DNA of 64,000 bases from Candidatus Aquitaenariimonas noxiae. GTDB lineage: Bacteria > Omnitrophota > Gorgyraeia > Aquitaenariimonadales > Aquitaenariimonadaceae. The notes under the pieces are model-generated. The model made no database searches and was not told the origin of the DNA. It saw only the letters and a program-made list of their open reading frames with translations. The stretch covers positions 8,123-72,122 of the forward strand of contig PEWV01000032.1 in the NCBI GenBank assembly GCA_002780005.1, given 5' to 3'. The translations under genes were made by a program, and so were the position numbers. Positions 50,086-61,299 of the stretch are shown here, one piece after another. The stretch's first letter is position 1. Each line of letters opens with the position of its first letter.

Positions 50086-50766
50086 ATGACCAAGAAAAAT
50101 TTAACGACCGGTTTAGTTATAATTCTTTCATTATTTCTTAGCGGATGCGCAGTTAATTTTTATAAAGCAAATCCCCGCGACAAAACTAAAATTAGCGAAC
50201 TTTCAAGTGAAGTGAAGAGGCTCGAAGCCCTTAAGGCCGAGGAAACAGCTCGCATGGAAGAGGCTATGAGGGATTTAGAGAAAAAACTGAAGCAAGAGAT
50301 CGCCGACAAGCAGGTAAGCCTTAAGATGGCCGAAAACGGCCTGGTGATTACTTTTGTGGCGGAAGTCCTGTTTGATTCCGGAAAAGCAGATCTAAGAAAC
50401 GAGGCGCATTCTGCTTTAGGTAAAGTAGCCGATGTTATAAAGGAGAGGGTTGGCGATAGGGATGTTGGGGTTGAAGGCCACACAGATAATGTTCCTATTA
50501 CCCATTCCGGTTGGAAATCGAATTGGGAACTGTCTACCACCAGGGCTACCAGCGTGTTGCATTATTTAGTGAATAACTGCGGTCTTAAGCCCGAGAGGCT
50601 TTCAGCTATAGGTTATGGCGAATATAGGCCGGTTGCCTCCAACGATACCGAAGAAGGCCGCCAGAAGAACAGGCGTGTCGAAATAGTTATATTGCCTAAG
50701 ACTACGGAAAGACTCAAAGCGGAACTAGCAGAAGAGGAAGCGAGAGAGTCAGAGGGAGTGAAATAA
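50086..50766 (+). CDS. OmpA-family peptidoglycan-binding lipoprotein with N-terminal coiled coil
   Basis: Lipobox LSGC and an OmpA C-like domain (GHTDNVPI...NRRVEIVI). Confidence 0.8.
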   Translation: MTKKNLTTGLVIILSLFLSGCAVNFYKANPRDKTKISELSSEVKRLEALKAEETARMEEAMRDLEKKLKQEIADKQVSLKMAENGLVITFVAEVLFDSGKADLRNEAHSALGKVADVIKERVGDRDVGVEGHTDNVPITHSGWKSNWELSTTRATSVLHYLVNNCGLKPERLSAIGYGEYRPVASNDTEEGRQKNRRVEIVILPKTTERLKAELAEEEARESEGVK

Positions 50767-50803
50767 ATCTTAGGCTCAAATAAATAGGATGAGCTATTTT
50801 TAT

Positions 50804-50832
50804 AAGGGGGAGCCGAAAAACTCCCCCTTACT
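50804..50832 (+). terminator. Rho-independent terminator-like hairpin (aagggggag-ccgaaaaa-ctccccctt)
   Basis: A 9-bp GC-rich stem with an 8-nt loop, followed by a T-rich tail (ttactaatt) downstream of the OmpA-like gene. Confidence 0.5.
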
Positions 50833-50847
50833 AATTAGGACGGTATT

Positions 50848-51552
50848 ATGGATGCTGGAAAACTTCCTGTACATGTAGCGATGATAATGGATGGTAACGG
50901 AAGATGGGCGAGAAAAAAGCGATTGCCTAAGATACTCGGCCATCAGGCAGGGGTGGAGTCTATAAGAAGGGTGATCGAAGCGGCGCAGGAAATGGGCATT
51001 AAGATATTGACGCTTTATGCCTTTAGCACGGAGAATTGGTCAAGGCCCAGAAATGAAGTCAAAGGCCTTATGCGGCTTCTTGAGCGATACCTGGACAACG
51101 AAAGAGATAAGCTTCTCAAACATAATATCAGGTTCAATGTTATAGGCAATATAGATAATTTCCCAGCTGCTGTTAAGCAAAAACTGTACGACACTATCGA
51201 GGTTACCAAAAACAATACCTCCCTTATGTTAAACCTGGCGTTGGGATACGGCGCAAGGACTGAGATCCTGGAAGCGGTAAAACAAATAGCGCAGGATCTA
51301 AGGGACAAAAAAGTAAAGATCCCGGATTTGGATGAAAACTTATTTTCGAGCTACCTTTATACAAAGGGTATCCCCGATCCGGACCTTCTCATAAGGACCA
51401 GCGGCGAGATGCGTGTGAGTAATTTTCTTCTTTGGCAGATATCATACACCGAACTCTACATAGCAAAGAAGCTTTGGCCTGATTTCAAAAAAGAGGATTT
51501 TAAAAGGGCAGTAGAAACTTTTATGGCGAGAGAGCGCAGATTTGGGAGATGA
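50848..51552 (+). CDS. uppS: Undecaprenyl pyrophosphate synthase (cis-isoprenyl transferase)
   Basis: HVAMIMDGNGRWA motif. Confidence 0.95.
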   Translation: MDAGKLPVHVAMIMDGNGRWARKKRLPKILGHQAGVESIRRVIEAAQEMGIKILTLYAFSTENWSRPRNEVKGLMRLLERYLDNERDKLLKHNIRFNVIGNIDNFPAAVKQKLYDTIEVTKNNTSLMLNLALGYGARTEILEAVKQIAQDLRDKKVKIPDLDENLFSSYLYTKGIPDPDLLIRTSGEMRVSNFLLWQISYTELYIAKKLWPDFKKEDFKRAVETFMARERRFGR

Positions 51553-51556
51553 CAGC

Positions 51557-52363
51557 ATGTTTTTAAAAAGACTCTTATCTTCTATCGTTTTAGTAGGCTC
51601 GGTCTGCGTAATAATATTTCTTTTGCCTGATTGGGTATATTCTTTAGTGGTTGCCGGTTTAATCGGTTTTGGATTATATGAATTTTATTCGCTTGTTTCG
51701 AAAAAGGGAATATTTGTATATAGATATTTCGGAGTAATTCTGGGCGTGTTGGTGCCCTTGATCATTCATTTAAAGGTCGGCGGATTTATAATGGATCTAG
51801 AGCCTTTTTATATAGTAATAGCATGCCTCTTTATAATAGTGATTCAATTTACAAGGAAAGACAATAGCCAAGCCCTTACCGCTATCTCTGTCACGCTATT
51901 CGGGATCCTTTACATAAGTTGGCTCTTTTCATATTTTATAAAGATTAAATTCCTGGATAACGGCGCGCTACTGGCGGCCTTTGTGATCTTAGTGACAAAG
52001 GCAGGCGACGTGGGGGCCTATCTCGTCGGAAGCACTATAGGAAAACACCCCCTGATCCCGCGGATTAGCCCGAAAAAGTCAAAAGAAGGGCTGATCGGCG
52101 GACTAATCTTTAGTTTAGCGGCGGCTTTGATGAGTAAAAAATTTCTACTTAGTTTTGACTATTCCCATTTAGCGGTATTAGGCCTATTGTTAGGCATAGC
52201 CGGCCAGATCGGAGATCTATCAGAGTCTTTGATAAAAAGAGATTGCGGCGTAAAAGATTCGGGTAAGCGTTTTCCTGGAATGGGCGGAGTTCTAGATTTG
52301 ATAGATAGCCTCCTTTTCACAGTCCCTATATTTTATTTTTACATTAAGGTTTTTACCTCATGA
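51557..52363 (+). CDS. cdsA: Phosphatidate cytidylyltransferase
   Basis: Multi-TM CTP-transferase 1 family with the C-terminal signature region ([24 protein letters not shown]). The ATG at 51557 sits 9 nt after GGAG. The ORF-track start at 51542 overlaps uppS. Confidence 0.85.
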   Translation: MFLKRLLSSIVLVGSVCVIIFLLPDWVYSLVVAGLIGFGLYEFYSLVSKKGIFVYRYFGVILGVLVPLIIHLKVGGFIMDLEPFYIVIACLFIIVIQFTRKDNSQALTAISVTLFGILYISWLFSYFIKIKFLDNGALLAAFVILVTKAGDVGAYLVGSTIGKHPLIPRISPKKSKEGLIGGLIFSLAAALMSKKFLLSFDYSHLAVLGLLLGIAGQIGDLSESLIKRDCGVKDSGKRFPGMGGVLDLIDSLLFTVPIFYFYIKVFTS

Positions 52364-53523
52364 AAAAAATCGTTTTGTTAGGTTCCACTGGTTCTATAGG
52401 CACTAATACTCTCGATGTCGTGTCGCGCTTTCCGGGTAAATTCAAGATAGACGCGTTAAGCGTGGATTCGAATATCGATCTCCTCCTTCGCCAGATTAAG
52501 CAATTTAGGCCGAAGGCCGTGGCAGTGCGGGATATAAAGAAAGCGGCCATTTTAAAAAAGACAGCCAGCTCAATAATAAAAGGCTTAAAAATATACGAGG
52601 GTGATGAAGGTGTCGAGGAATTGGCAGGCAGGAGAGACGCCGATATAGTAGTAGTGGCGATAAGCGGTACGGCTGCCCTTTCGCCTATACTGCGGGCGAT
52701 GGGATCCAAAAAAAGAATAGCCTTAGCCAATAAAGAAGCTCTTGTCAGCGCCGGGAAAATAATCACGGATTTTGCTAAGAAGAAAAAAATTGAAATTATA
52801 CCTGTAGATAGCGAGCATAGCGCAATATTTCAATGCCTGGACGGGAAAGGGAGTAGGTCATATCTTTCTAAAATATACCTTACGGGTTCGGGCGGCCCAT
52901 TAAGGAATGTGTCAAAAAAGGATTTTAATAAACTTTCAACAAAAGATGTATTGAATCATCCCAAATGGAAGATGGGGAAGAAGATCACAGTTGATTCGGC
53001 GACGCTTATGAATAAAGGGCTTGAAGTGATAGAGGCGCATTGGTTATTTGACGTAGAGGTGGATAAAATAGAGGTTCTCATCCATCCCGAAGCCATAATA
53101 CACTCTATGGTGGAGTTTTCAGACGGAGCGATATTGGCGCAACTCGCCAATCCTGATATGAGATTGCCGATTTTGTATGCCTTAAGTTTTCCCGAGCGAT
53201 ATAAGACAATTTTTCCCAAGGTCGCGTTTTCCGAGATAAGAAAATTTTCTTTCTATAGTCCTGATACAGGAAAATTTCCATGCCTAAGTTTAGCTTATCG
53301 GGTTATCAGGGACGGTGGATCAAGCCCGTGCGTTTTAAACGCTTCGAACGAAGAAGCCGTGAAGGCGTTTCTCTCGGGGCGCATTAAATTTACCAAAATA
53401 CCCGTCATTATAGAAAAGGTTTTATCAAAGCATAAGAATATTAAAAATCCTACCCTTACTGATATATTAGACAAAGAGAGATGGGCCAAAGAGGAGGCGA
53501 AAGTACTGTGTTGTCATTCCTAG
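52360..53523 (+). CDS. dxr: 1-deoxy-D-xylulose 5-phosphate reductoisomerase
   Basis: N-terminal NADPH-binding motif ([16 protein letters not shown]) and DXR core motifs ([21 protein letters not shown]). Confidence 0.95.
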   Translation: MKKIVLLGSTGSIGTNTLDVVSRFPGKFKIDALSVDSNIDLLLRQIKQFRPKAVAVRDIKKAAILKKTASSIIKGLKIYEGDEGVEELAGRRDADIVVVAISGTAALSPILRAMGSKKRIALANKEALVSAGKIITDFAKKKKIEIIPVDSEHSAIFQCLDGKGSRSYLSKIYLTGSGGPLRNVSKKDFNKLSTKDVLNHPKWKMGKKITVDSATLMNKGLEVIEAHWLFDVEVDKIEVLIHPEAIIHSMVEFSDGAILAQLANPDMRLPILYALSFPERYKTIFPKVAFSEIRKFSFYSPDTGKFPCLSLAYRVIRDGGSSPCVLNASNEEAVKAFLSGRIKFTKIPVIIEKVLSKHKNIKNPTLTDILDKERWAKEEAKVLCCHS

Positions 53524-54590
53524 CGTTTATATTTGCATTAGGTTTGCTTATAATTGTTCATGAATTTGGCCATTTTTTTGTAGCTAAAAGATATGGGGTT
53601 AAGGTTGAGAGGTTTTCGATCGGTTTTGGCCCTAAGATATTCGGGGTAAAAAAGGGCGATACCGAATACACGGTGTCTTTAATACCCTTAGGCGGTTATG
53701 TGAAAATGGCAGGCGAAACCTGCGAAGACGACATCAAGGGCGAGAAGTGGGAATATCTTTCACAGGCTCCTGGAAGGCGTTTCAATATCTTATTCGCAGG
53801 GCCCCTATTGAATTACATACTTGCCTTTCTCATCTTTAGTCTTATATTCATGATAGGTTCGCCTGCGCTGAGCACTAAGGTGGGAGAACTTTTGGATGGG
53901 TATCCGGCTAAAGATTCCGGTATTAAGGTAGGCGACCGCATAGTGGCTGTCGACGGAAAATCGGTTGTTTACTGGGAAGACCTTACAAATGAGATACATA
54001 AAAAGTTTAATAAAAAAATAACATTTACGATAAAAAAGGATGATCGAGAGTTTCAAGCCACGATTGAAACCAAAACAAAAGAAGTAGAAAATATATTCGG
54101 CCAAAAAATGCAGATAGCCCTTATCGGCATAGCGCCGTCAGACGAACTTTTGACAATGAAATTCAATCCTATAAAGTCATTTTACGTTGGGGGTAAAAAA
54201 CTTATAGGACTCACAGGCCTGACTTATAAGGCGCTTTGGATGATGATCACGGGCGGGCTCTCACCAAAAGAACTCACCGGCCCGATAGGGATATATGTCA
54301 TAACCGGGAAGGCCGCGCAATTAGGTTTTATTTATTTTATAAATATAATCGCTGTTATTAGTTTTAACCTGGCCTTATTCAATCTTCTTCCCCTGCCCAT
54401 ATTGGACGGAGGGCATATATTCTTTTTGGGGCTCGAGAAACTGAGAGGGAGACCGCTATCCAAGAGAAAACAGGAACTTATTACTCAGATAGGGCTTACT
54501 TTTATAATCTTTATCGCAATAGCAGTTTCTTACAATGACATAATGAAATTCGGCGTGTTTGAAAAACTAAAAGGTTTATTTAAAAGATGA
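53508..54590 (+). CDS. rseP: RIP site-2 metalloprotease RseP
   Basis: HEFGH zinc motif in TM1, a PDZ domain, and the C-terminal LDGG motif. The start is probably the GTG at 53508, 10 nt after GAGGAGG. The ORF-track start at 53481 lies inside the dxr 3' end. Confidence 0.85.
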   Translation: MLSFLAFIFALGLLIIVHEFGHFFVAKRYGVKVERFSIGFGPKIFGVKKGDTEYTVSLIPLGGYVKMAGETCEDDIKGEKWEYLSQAPGRRFNILFAGPLLNYILAFLIFSLIFMIGSPALSTKVGELLDGYPAKDSGIKVGDRIVAVDGKSVVYWEDLTNEIHKKFNKKITFTIKKDDREFQATIETKTKEVENIFGQKMQIALIGIAPSDELLTMKFNPIKSFYVGGKKLIGLTGLTYKALWMMITGGLSPKELTGPIGIYVITGKAAQLGFIYFINIIAVISFNLALFNLLPLPILDGGHIFFLGLEKLRGRPLSKRKQELITQIGLTFIIFIAIAVSYNDIMKFGVFEKLKGLFKR

Positions 54591-55636
54591 GTATTAAAAG
54601 ACGCAAAACAAGAAAGGTGAAGGTTGGTTCTATTTATATAGGAGGGAATGCACCTATATCTATACAATCCATGGCAAAAGCTGATACCAGGGATGTGAAC
54701 GCTATTGTCAGTGAAATAAAGAGGCTTCAAGGTGCGGGCTGCGAGATCGTGAGGGTAGCGGTTAAGGATAAAGAAGCCGCTCACGCTTTAAAAGACATAA
54801 AAAAGAGAATAAATATACCGCTCGTGGCGGATATACACTTCGATCCAAGGCTGGCTATGCTGGCGATAGAAAATCACGCGGATAAGATACGGATAAACCC
54901 AGGCAATACGAAAAAGAATGATCTTTTGGATATCGCCAATCTCGCAAAAACCAAAAAGATCCCTATCCGGATAGGCTTAAACTCAGGTTCTACGCCCAAG
55001 GGGGTAACCATGATAGCCCTTGCCCAGGAAACTATAAAACTATTTCAGAGGTGCAGCTTCCGTGATATAATAATTTCATTAAAAAGTTCAAACATCCTTG
55101 AGACGGTCGATGCTTATCGCAGGATGGCAGTTTTATGCGACTATCCGTTTCATTTGGGATTAACCGCGACTGGGTTGCCTGAAAGCGGTATAGTTAAATC
55201 GAGCATATGCATAGGAACCTTGCTTTTATCCGGCATCGGCGATACGATAAGGGTTTCTTTGACAGGAGATTCCGTTAAAGAAGTAAGCGTGGTCAAGACC
55301 ATACTCTCGTCGCTTGATATAAGAAGGTTTGGCCATGAAGTTATTTCCTGTCCTACTTGCGGAAGATGCCAGGTCGACCTGGAAGGAATAGTTAAAGAAC
55401 TTGTCGAGCGGCTTGAGCAGAAGGGACGCGCAAAGGGTAATATACGCCCTCTTCGCATAGCGGTCATGGGTTGCGAAGTGAACGGTCCGGGTGAAGCGAG
55501 AGATTCAGATATAGGGATCGCGGCAGGGAAGCACAGCGGCGTTTTATTCAAAAAAGGTAAGATCGTAAGAAAGATAGAAGAAAAAGATTTTGTTGATACG
55601 CTTGTCAAAGAGATAGATACAATGGGGCACTCATGA
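54587..55636 (+). CDS. ispG: 4-hydroxy-3-methylbut-2-enyl diphosphate synthase
   Basis: GcpE TIM-barrel N-domain and a C-terminal [4Fe-4S] domain with CPTCGRC...GC..NGPGE. Confidence 0.95.
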   Translation: MSIKRRKTRKVKVGSIYIGGNAPISIQSMAKADTRDVNAIVSEIKRLQGAGCEIVRVAVKDKEAAHALKDIKKRINIPLVADIHFDPRLAMLAIENHADKIRINPGNTKKNDLLDIANLAKTKKIPIRIGLNSGSTPKGVTMIALAQETIKLFQRCSFRDIIISLKSSNILETVDAYRRMAVLCDYPFHLGLTATGLPESGIVKSSICIGTLLLSGIGDTIRVSLTGDSVKEVSVVKTILSSLDIRRFGHEVISCPTCGRCQVDLEGIVKELVERLEQKGRAKGNIRPLRIAVMGCEVNGPGEARDSDIGIAAGKHSGVLFKKGKIVRKIEEKDFVDTLVKEIDTMGHS

Positions 55637-57336
55637 AGTGGTCAGAAGCATTAATTCCGACTTTAAAAGAAAATCCATCTGACGCAGAAGTCATAAGCCA
55701 TAAACTTATGGTAAGGGCCGGATTGGTAAGAAAGCTCATAGCCGGCGCTTACTCATATCTTCCTTTAGGAGTTAAGGTTTTAAATAAGGTAGAAGGTATT
55801 ATACGCCAGGAGATGAACAAAAAAGGGGCGCAGGAAGTTTTATTGCCGGCTATTCACCCGCCCGAGCTTTGGAAAAAAACCGGCAGATATGACCTCATAG
55901 GCGAGGACATGATAAAATTTAAGGATAGACATGGCCGCGAGATGGTTTTGGGCCCGACGCATGAGGAGATAATAACAAATCTTATCGCAAGTGAGATCCG
56001 CTCTTACAGGCAATTGCCCCTTACCCTATATCAAATTCAGACGAAGTTCAGGGATGAGCCGAGGCCGAGATTCGGCGTTATAAGAAGTTGTGAGTTTATT
56101 ATGAAAGACGCCTATAGCTTTGATGCGAACTTGGAAGGCTTGGAAAAAAGTTATAAAAAGATGTATGATGCCTATTGCAGGATATTCGAACATTGCGGGC
56201 TCAATTATATCCCGGTGGAGGCGGATCCCGGGTTTATGGGCGGTAATGTGTCGCATGAATTCATGGTTCCTGCCTCAAGCGGAGAGGACGTTATAGTTAC
56301 CTGCGATTCATGCAAATATGCCGCGAGCGTAGCCGTTGCCAAATGTTTCGAACCAGGAACAAAAAACCCTGGCCCTAAAACCCGCGAGGCTATAAAAGAG
56401 GTTTCCACGCCGGGCGTTAGCACTGTTGAAAAAGTAAGCCAGCTTCTTAAGGTTAAACCTTCAGAGCTCGTAAAAACTCTGATCTATGTAGCAGATGGAA
56501 CAGGCCTAGCCGTATTGGTTCGCGGCGATTTTGACATTAATGAAACAAAGCTGAAGAATATCTTAAAAGCCGAGATCCTAACACTTGCCGACGAGAAAAC
56601 GATCGAAAAGCTTACAGGCGGGCCCTTGGGTTATAGTGGGCCGGTTAATCTTAAAGGTATAAAAATAATAGCCGATTCGAGCGTCAAAGGGATGAATAAT
56701 TTTGTGACCGGCGCGAACAAAAAAGATAAGCACCTTATAAATGTCAATCTCCAAAGGGATTTTAAAGCGGATGAATGGGCGGATTTAAGATTCATTACGG
56801 AAAGTGACACCTGCCCGAAATGTAAGGGAAGCATAAAAATAGGCCATGCTATTGAGGTGGGTCACACGTTTAAGCTTGGAACAAAATATACAAAAGCCCT
56901 CGGCGCCATGTATCTTGATAAAGAGGGAAAAGATAGGGAAATAATAATGGGCTGTTATGGTATCGGAGTTAATAGGATTATAGCCTCATGCATAGAGCAG
57001 AATAACGACAAGGACGGTATCGTATGGCCTTTATCCATAAGTCCTTACGAAATCGTTGTCATACCTATCAATATTTTAGATGATAAGCTCAAAACTGTTT
57101 CAGAGAAAATATATAAAGATCTGACCGATGCTGGCTATGATGTTTTGTTTGATGACAGAGACGAAAGGGCCGGCATAAAATTCAAAGATATAGATTTGAT
57201 AGGTATTCCCCTTCGGATAGTTATCAGCGAAAAGAACCTAAAAGATGGAAATGTAGAGATTAAATTTCGGAATACTCAAAAAACGCATTTTATAAGTGAA
57301 AAAGAAATTATAAAAGAAGTTAAGAAATTTTTGTAA
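55633..57336 (+). CDS. proS: Prolyl-tRNA synthetase (bacterial type with INS editing domain)
   Basis: Class II motifs 1-3, an editing insertion, and the C-terminal anticodon-binding domain. It follows the uppS-cdsA-dxr-rseP-ispG block. Confidence 0.95.
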   Translation: MKWSEALIPTLKENPSDAEVISHKLMVRAGLVRKLIAGAYSYLPLGVKVLNKVEGIIRQEMNKKGAQEVLLPAIHPPELWKKTGRYDLIGEDMIKFKDRHGREMVLGPTHEEIITNLIASEIRSYRQLPLTLYQIQTKFRDEPRPRFGVIRSCEFIMKDAYSFDANLEGLEKSYKKMYDAYCRIFEHCGLNYIPVEADPGFMGGNVSHEFMVPASSGEDVIVTCDSCKYAASVAVAKCFEPGTKNPGPKTREAIKEVSTPGVSTVEKVSQLLKVKPSELVKTLIYVADGTGLAVLVRGDFDINETKLKNILKAEILTLADEKTIEKLTGGPLGYSGPVNLKGIKIIADSSVKGMNNFVTGANKKDKHLINVNLQRDFKADEWADLRFITESDTCPKCKGSIKIGHAIEVGHTFKLGTKYTKALGAMYLDKEGKDREIIMGCYGIGVNRIIASCIEQNNDKDGIVWPLSISPYEIVVIPINILDDKLKTVSEKIYKDLTDAGYDVLFDDRDERAGIKFKDIDLIGIPLRIVISEKNLKDGNVEIKFRNTQKTHFISEKEIIKEVKKFL

Positions 57337-57435
57337 AAGAATCCAACCTGTCTCTCACATTTTTTCCAGTCACCTTTCAAAAAATAATTATTAGGCTCTG
57401 TCAACTTTTTGCAAATAGCAGGTCTATATAGAGTA

Positions 57436-58863
57436 TTATATTTTAGTTTTTATGCTAATTTCACTTGCAAGGAACTTTTCTACATATAGCAAATGAACCG
57501 TATGCAGGCATAAAAGATATAGAGGGGGAAATATCGCACCTAATATCCTTATTTCCCATCCGGCACCAAAAACAATAAATAATGGAATTATAAAAATTAA
57601 AGTTAAAATCAACAAATATCTTATTGGAAGCGGTTTCTTGGTCCATTTATAGAAAATTAAAAAAGAGATAAGTATAAGTAAAAAAATATTTCCGCCTTGT
57701 GGAAATATATCTATACCTAAACAATAAGGGTCACAAAACATAAAATATGAGTGTGGTGATAAAAAAAATGCAATGTGCTCTTTTGCCTGCCATATTACAT
57801 GAGTACCGCTAGCCCTTGCGTATAAGACTGCCAAAAATGATAATATTCCACAGACAATAGATGCATGAGCTATTATATGTTTTAGAAATTTTTTATTTGG
57901 CATGGTCCTATATTTTAACGCTATAAAATACAAAAGAAGTAACGCTCCGGTCTCTTTGTTTAAAATACTCATAGAGAACGATAAATAATATAACAACCAT
58001 TGTTGTTTAATTAAAAAAATCAAACACACTATAAAAAATAGCAATTCTGGAAAATCGTAAATATAACCACCGTATAGAAATGTCCATGGCAAAATAAGTA
58101 AAGCAAAAACCGGAGAATAGTCTAAAACTGCCGGGTGAACACTGTATACACATTTAGTCAGATGCCGGGTTAATAGCATAAGTAGCAGCAAGCAGATATA
58201 TAAAAAAATGAAAACCAAGTGATACTTTAATGTGAGCACCAAATGATATTTTAACATTAAACTAGTATTAAAAGTCTCACAATAAGATATATTTCTCATA
58301 ATAGGCGAGTTTTGCATCAAAAAGTTACTAATTGAAACCGAGATATGTCTGGGTACTATTGCTACTATAAGATTAATAAGCATTGGCGATAACATTCTTG
58401 AGACAGAAGGTTTATATGCAGTACCATCTAACATCTGAAACAAACATGCTAATAAGCAATTGTTAAACCTTAAAAGAAACCACTTTACCGTAAAAGATGT
58501 TAATACTATCAAAGCGGCTAATAAATATATGAAGAACAGCAACGTTTTTCGACAGAATTTTCTCGTTTTATTTTCGTTTGGTTTAAAAAGAATCCTTAGG
58601 CAAAACAATAAGCAAAATAGAATAATATTATTAAACTGAAAGAAAGCAATATGTGCTTTAGCAAGGTAATAGTCGAAAGGTAGCGCATTGTCTTTTATCA
58701 AAGCCGATTTTAAGAAACTATCAGACTGCGTGTTATATAATTTAGCCAAAGATATGTCAAAGAATGACAGATAAAATAGCCATATAGCTATTAAACAAAC
58801 AAAGAGCCCTATTGAGAAAAGAGGGAGTATATTATGTGATTTATATTTGTTTTTGGATGTCAT
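57436..58863 (-). CDS. Polytopic integral membrane protein (at least 10 predicted TM helices); candidate GT-C-type glycosyltransferase / polymerase-like protein
   Basis: Very hydrophobic 475-aa protein with no recognisable soluble domain. It contains a short internal duplication (LMLKYHLVLTLKYHLVF) and lies next to the radical-SAM module. Confidence 0.35.
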   Translation of the reverse strand: MTSKNKYKSHNILPLFSIGLFVCLIAIWLFYLSFFDISLAKLYNTQSDSFLKSALIKDNALPFDYYLAKAHIAFFQFNNIILFCLLFCLRILFKPNENKTRKFCRKTLLFFIYLLAALIVLTSFTVKWFLLRFNNCLLACLFQMLDGTAYKPSVSRMLSPMLINLIVAIVPRHISVSISNFLMQNSPIMRNISYCETFNTSLMLKYHLVLTLKYHLVFIFLYICLLLLMLLTRHLTKCVYSVHPAVLDYSPVFALLILPWTFLYGGYIYDFPELLFFIVCLIFLIKQQWLLYYLSFSMSILNKETGALLLLYFIALKYRTMPNKKFLKHIIAHASIVCGILSFLAVLYARASGTHVIWQAKEHIAFFLSPHSYFMFCDPYCLGIDIFPQGGNIFLLILISFLIFYKWTKKPLPIRYLLILTLIFIIPLFIVFGAGWEIRILGAIFPPLYLLCLHTVHLLYVEKFLASEISIKTKI

Positions 58864-58866
58864 TTT

Positions 58867-61299
58867 TTAAGAAGACTCTTTTTTAATTATTAGTCGAATT
58901 AAAGTGCCCTTGTCATGTAACACAACCCTGTTGAACAATTTTAACAGGCAATAACGCACGGATCCTTTTTTAAAAAAAGGCCTATAAAAAAAAGTGGAAT
59001 ATTCCTGAACTTGTAGAATTTTATATTTGCAGAAATAATCACTGATAATATCTTTCGCAATAAAACCTTTATTTTTATCGATTAATATTTTGCTATTTTC
59101 AGCGGGAGAGTGGAAGTCGACCATTTTTATAATTTCTGTTTTAGAAAGGTCTCTTTTTACGAGATGGATTTTTTTTAAGTGTTCATTGATGTGTGCTTGG
59201 TGATAATCGGTTATTTTTTTTCCGCCACCAAACATTTTAAACAATTCTGCAAACAGCCGCAAATATGCGAAGGTAAAGAATTTTTTGTTCTGTTCATGTG
59301 ATATAATAATCAAACCATTTTTGTTTAAAATTCTATCTATTTCTTTTAAGCAACTTCCGTAATCAGGGAGATGATGCAATACTGCATTCAATGTAATAAC
59401 ATCAAACGTTGAATCAGAGAATGGCAATTTTTCCGCATCTCCCTGAACGAAAAAGATAAATTGTGTGCAAACGCTATCCTTAAATCTTTTTTTTGACTCC
59501 AGAAGCATATTGTAGCTGAGGTCATAGCAGACGAGGGTATCGATTGTTTCTAGATAATTTTGTATAGTGTTGCCAACAAATCCAGTACCGCTGCCAAGGT
59601 CTAAAATAGATAACTTGAATCCATCTCTACCTCGAGCCTCATTTAGGCGCTTAGACGCTATATTCTTCCACCATAGTATATCTCCTTCTAACACTTCGGG
59701 ATGGTTAGAATCGTATGTTTCTGCTTCGCTTTCATGATAGATATGATTTATTTCCTTGATTAATTTAACATTATATTCTATAGGGTCAGTTTGATTAAAA
59801 AATCTTTTAATTCTTCGTGATATTTCCCACAGGTAGCTTCGAAAAACATAAAGAGCCCATTGGTCTTTGCGAATAATAGATACTAACAAGTCGGCGGCGA
59901 TAATGACAGGTATTTGGGGAAGGTATTTAAAATATATATATAGTTTTTTCCTAAGAATAAATTTTGTGATATTCGAAGGTAATATAGGAAGAGCCCTAAA
60001 TAGTATTTGGAAATTAAGCAGATTGCATTTTTTCTTATCGGCGACAACGGAACCTGTAGAAAGATAGTTTTTCTGAAGACCTTGATTTATATTTTCAGTT
60101 ACATATTTTTCATTTATAATACAATTACGCAATGCGTACTTGGTTATATCAACTTCAGGGAAATATTCAAGCCAAAAAATACTTGCTCTTATCATATGTT
60201 TTCTTTCAGATAGGAATTCAATTGCCTGCAAAACATCTTCGTCTTTTTCACCGGGAAGCCCTACCATAACATCTACGGAATAGTTTAATCCAGCATCATC
60301 TAATGCATTAAGAGCGTGATATATTTCTTCATTTGTTTCTTGTCTGTTTAGCACTTTTCTGCGTATGCAGGGATTAAGCGATTCTATACCTATTTGAACA
60401 TGCCAACATCCAGCTTCTTTTAAGGCAGCAGCTATGCCAGGCGTGATAGTTTTTGGGTGACCCATAATTCTCAAAGGCACACCTATTCCTTTTTTATATC
60501 TTTCAAGAAATTCTAATGTCCAACTTCCGGAAGCCGCAAGGATGTTGTTCTTTATGTCTACACGTTTATAATTATAGCGTTCTTTCATAATTTTTAGTTC
60601 AGAAATTACACTTTCTACGGATCTCTCACGATAAAAAGGACTTAAATTATTTTCTTTTTCCCAATGCGCATAAAAATTCTGAGAACAATAAGAACAAGTA
60701 GCAATGCATCCCTTGTTCGTAACAGTAAGATAATAATCAGATATAGGTATGTATTTTTTAAATAATTCCTTATCTAGCAGGGGAAGTGTATCAAGATTTT
60801 GCATTAGAGATCGTGGGTTATTTTTTATAATTTCACCATCTTTTTTAAACCATAAATTTTTTATAGAATAATCCACACATCTGTTTTTCAAGCTCTCCAG
60901 AAGTTCAAGAAGCGGATACTCTCCTTCTCCCAGGCAAATAATATCTACACAATCTTCTGCTATGCATGTATCTGGTACTGATGTCGGATGTACTCCTCCC
61001 ATAATCACAGGCACATTTATTGTTTTCTTAACAGTTCTAGCTATGTCTAAACACCATTGATAGTTATCGGCAAATACTGAGAAAGCCAGAAGGTCTGGCT
61101 GATAATGGATGATATCCCTTATGACCTGTTTTTTATCACTCAATATTTTTGACAGAAACGGAATAGAAAAATATTGCTTATCATCAAAGAGGCCCCTGTC
61201 GAAAGCAAGGGTACATTCATGTCCATGCTGTTTCAATATAGCAGACAACGCTTCAATAGAAATTATTTCGGATCCGACAGCTGCAAACATTACTTTCAT
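58867..61299 (-). CDS. Fusion protein: B12-binding radical SAM enzyme (N-terminal ~450 aa) + class I SAM-dependent methyltransferase (C-terminal ~250 aa)
   Basis: B12-binding domain (VPVIMGGVHPTSVPD), radical SAM motif (CIATCSYCSQNFY), then methyltransferase motif I (ILDLGSGTGFVGN) and motif II/III (FDVITLNAVLHHLPD). Confidence 0.8.
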   Translation of the reverse strand: MKVMFAAVGSEIISIEALSAILKQHGHECTLAFDRGLFDDKQYFSIPFLSKILSDKKQVIRDIIHYQPDLLAFSVFADNYQWCLDIARTVKKTINVPVIMGGVHPTSVPDTCIAEDCVDIICLGEGEYPLLELLESLKNRCVDYSIKNLWFKKDGEIIKNNPRSLMQNLDTLPLLDKELFKKYIPISDYYLTVTNKGCIATCSYCSQNFYAHWEKENNLSPFYRERSVESVISELKIMKERYNYKRVDIKNNILAASGSWTLEFLERYKKGIGVPLRIMGHPKTITPGIAAALKEAGCWHVQIGIESLNPCIRRKVLNRQETNEEIYHALNALDDAGLNYSVDVMVGLPGEKDEDVLQAIEFLSERKHMIRASIFWLEYFPEVDITKYALRNCIINEKYVTENINQGLQKNYLSTGSVVADKKKCNLLNFQILFRALPILPSNITKFILRKKLYIYFKYLPQIPVIIAADLLVSIIRKDQWALYVFRSYLWEISRRIKRFFNQTDPIEYNVKLIKEINHIYHESEAETYDSNHPEVLEGDILWWKNIASKRLNEARGRDGFKLSILDLGSGTGFVGNTIQNYLETIDTLVCYDLSYNMLLESKKRFKDSVCTQFIFFVQGDAEKLPFSDSTFDVITLNAVLHHLPDYGSCLKEIDRILNKNGLIIISHEQNKKFFTFAYLRLFAELFKMFGGGKKITDYHQAHINEHLKKIHLVKRDLSKTEIIKMVDFHSPAENSKILIDKNKGFIAKDIISDYFCKYKILQVQEYSTFFYRPFFKKGSVRYCLLKLFNRVVLHDKGTLIRLIIKKESS

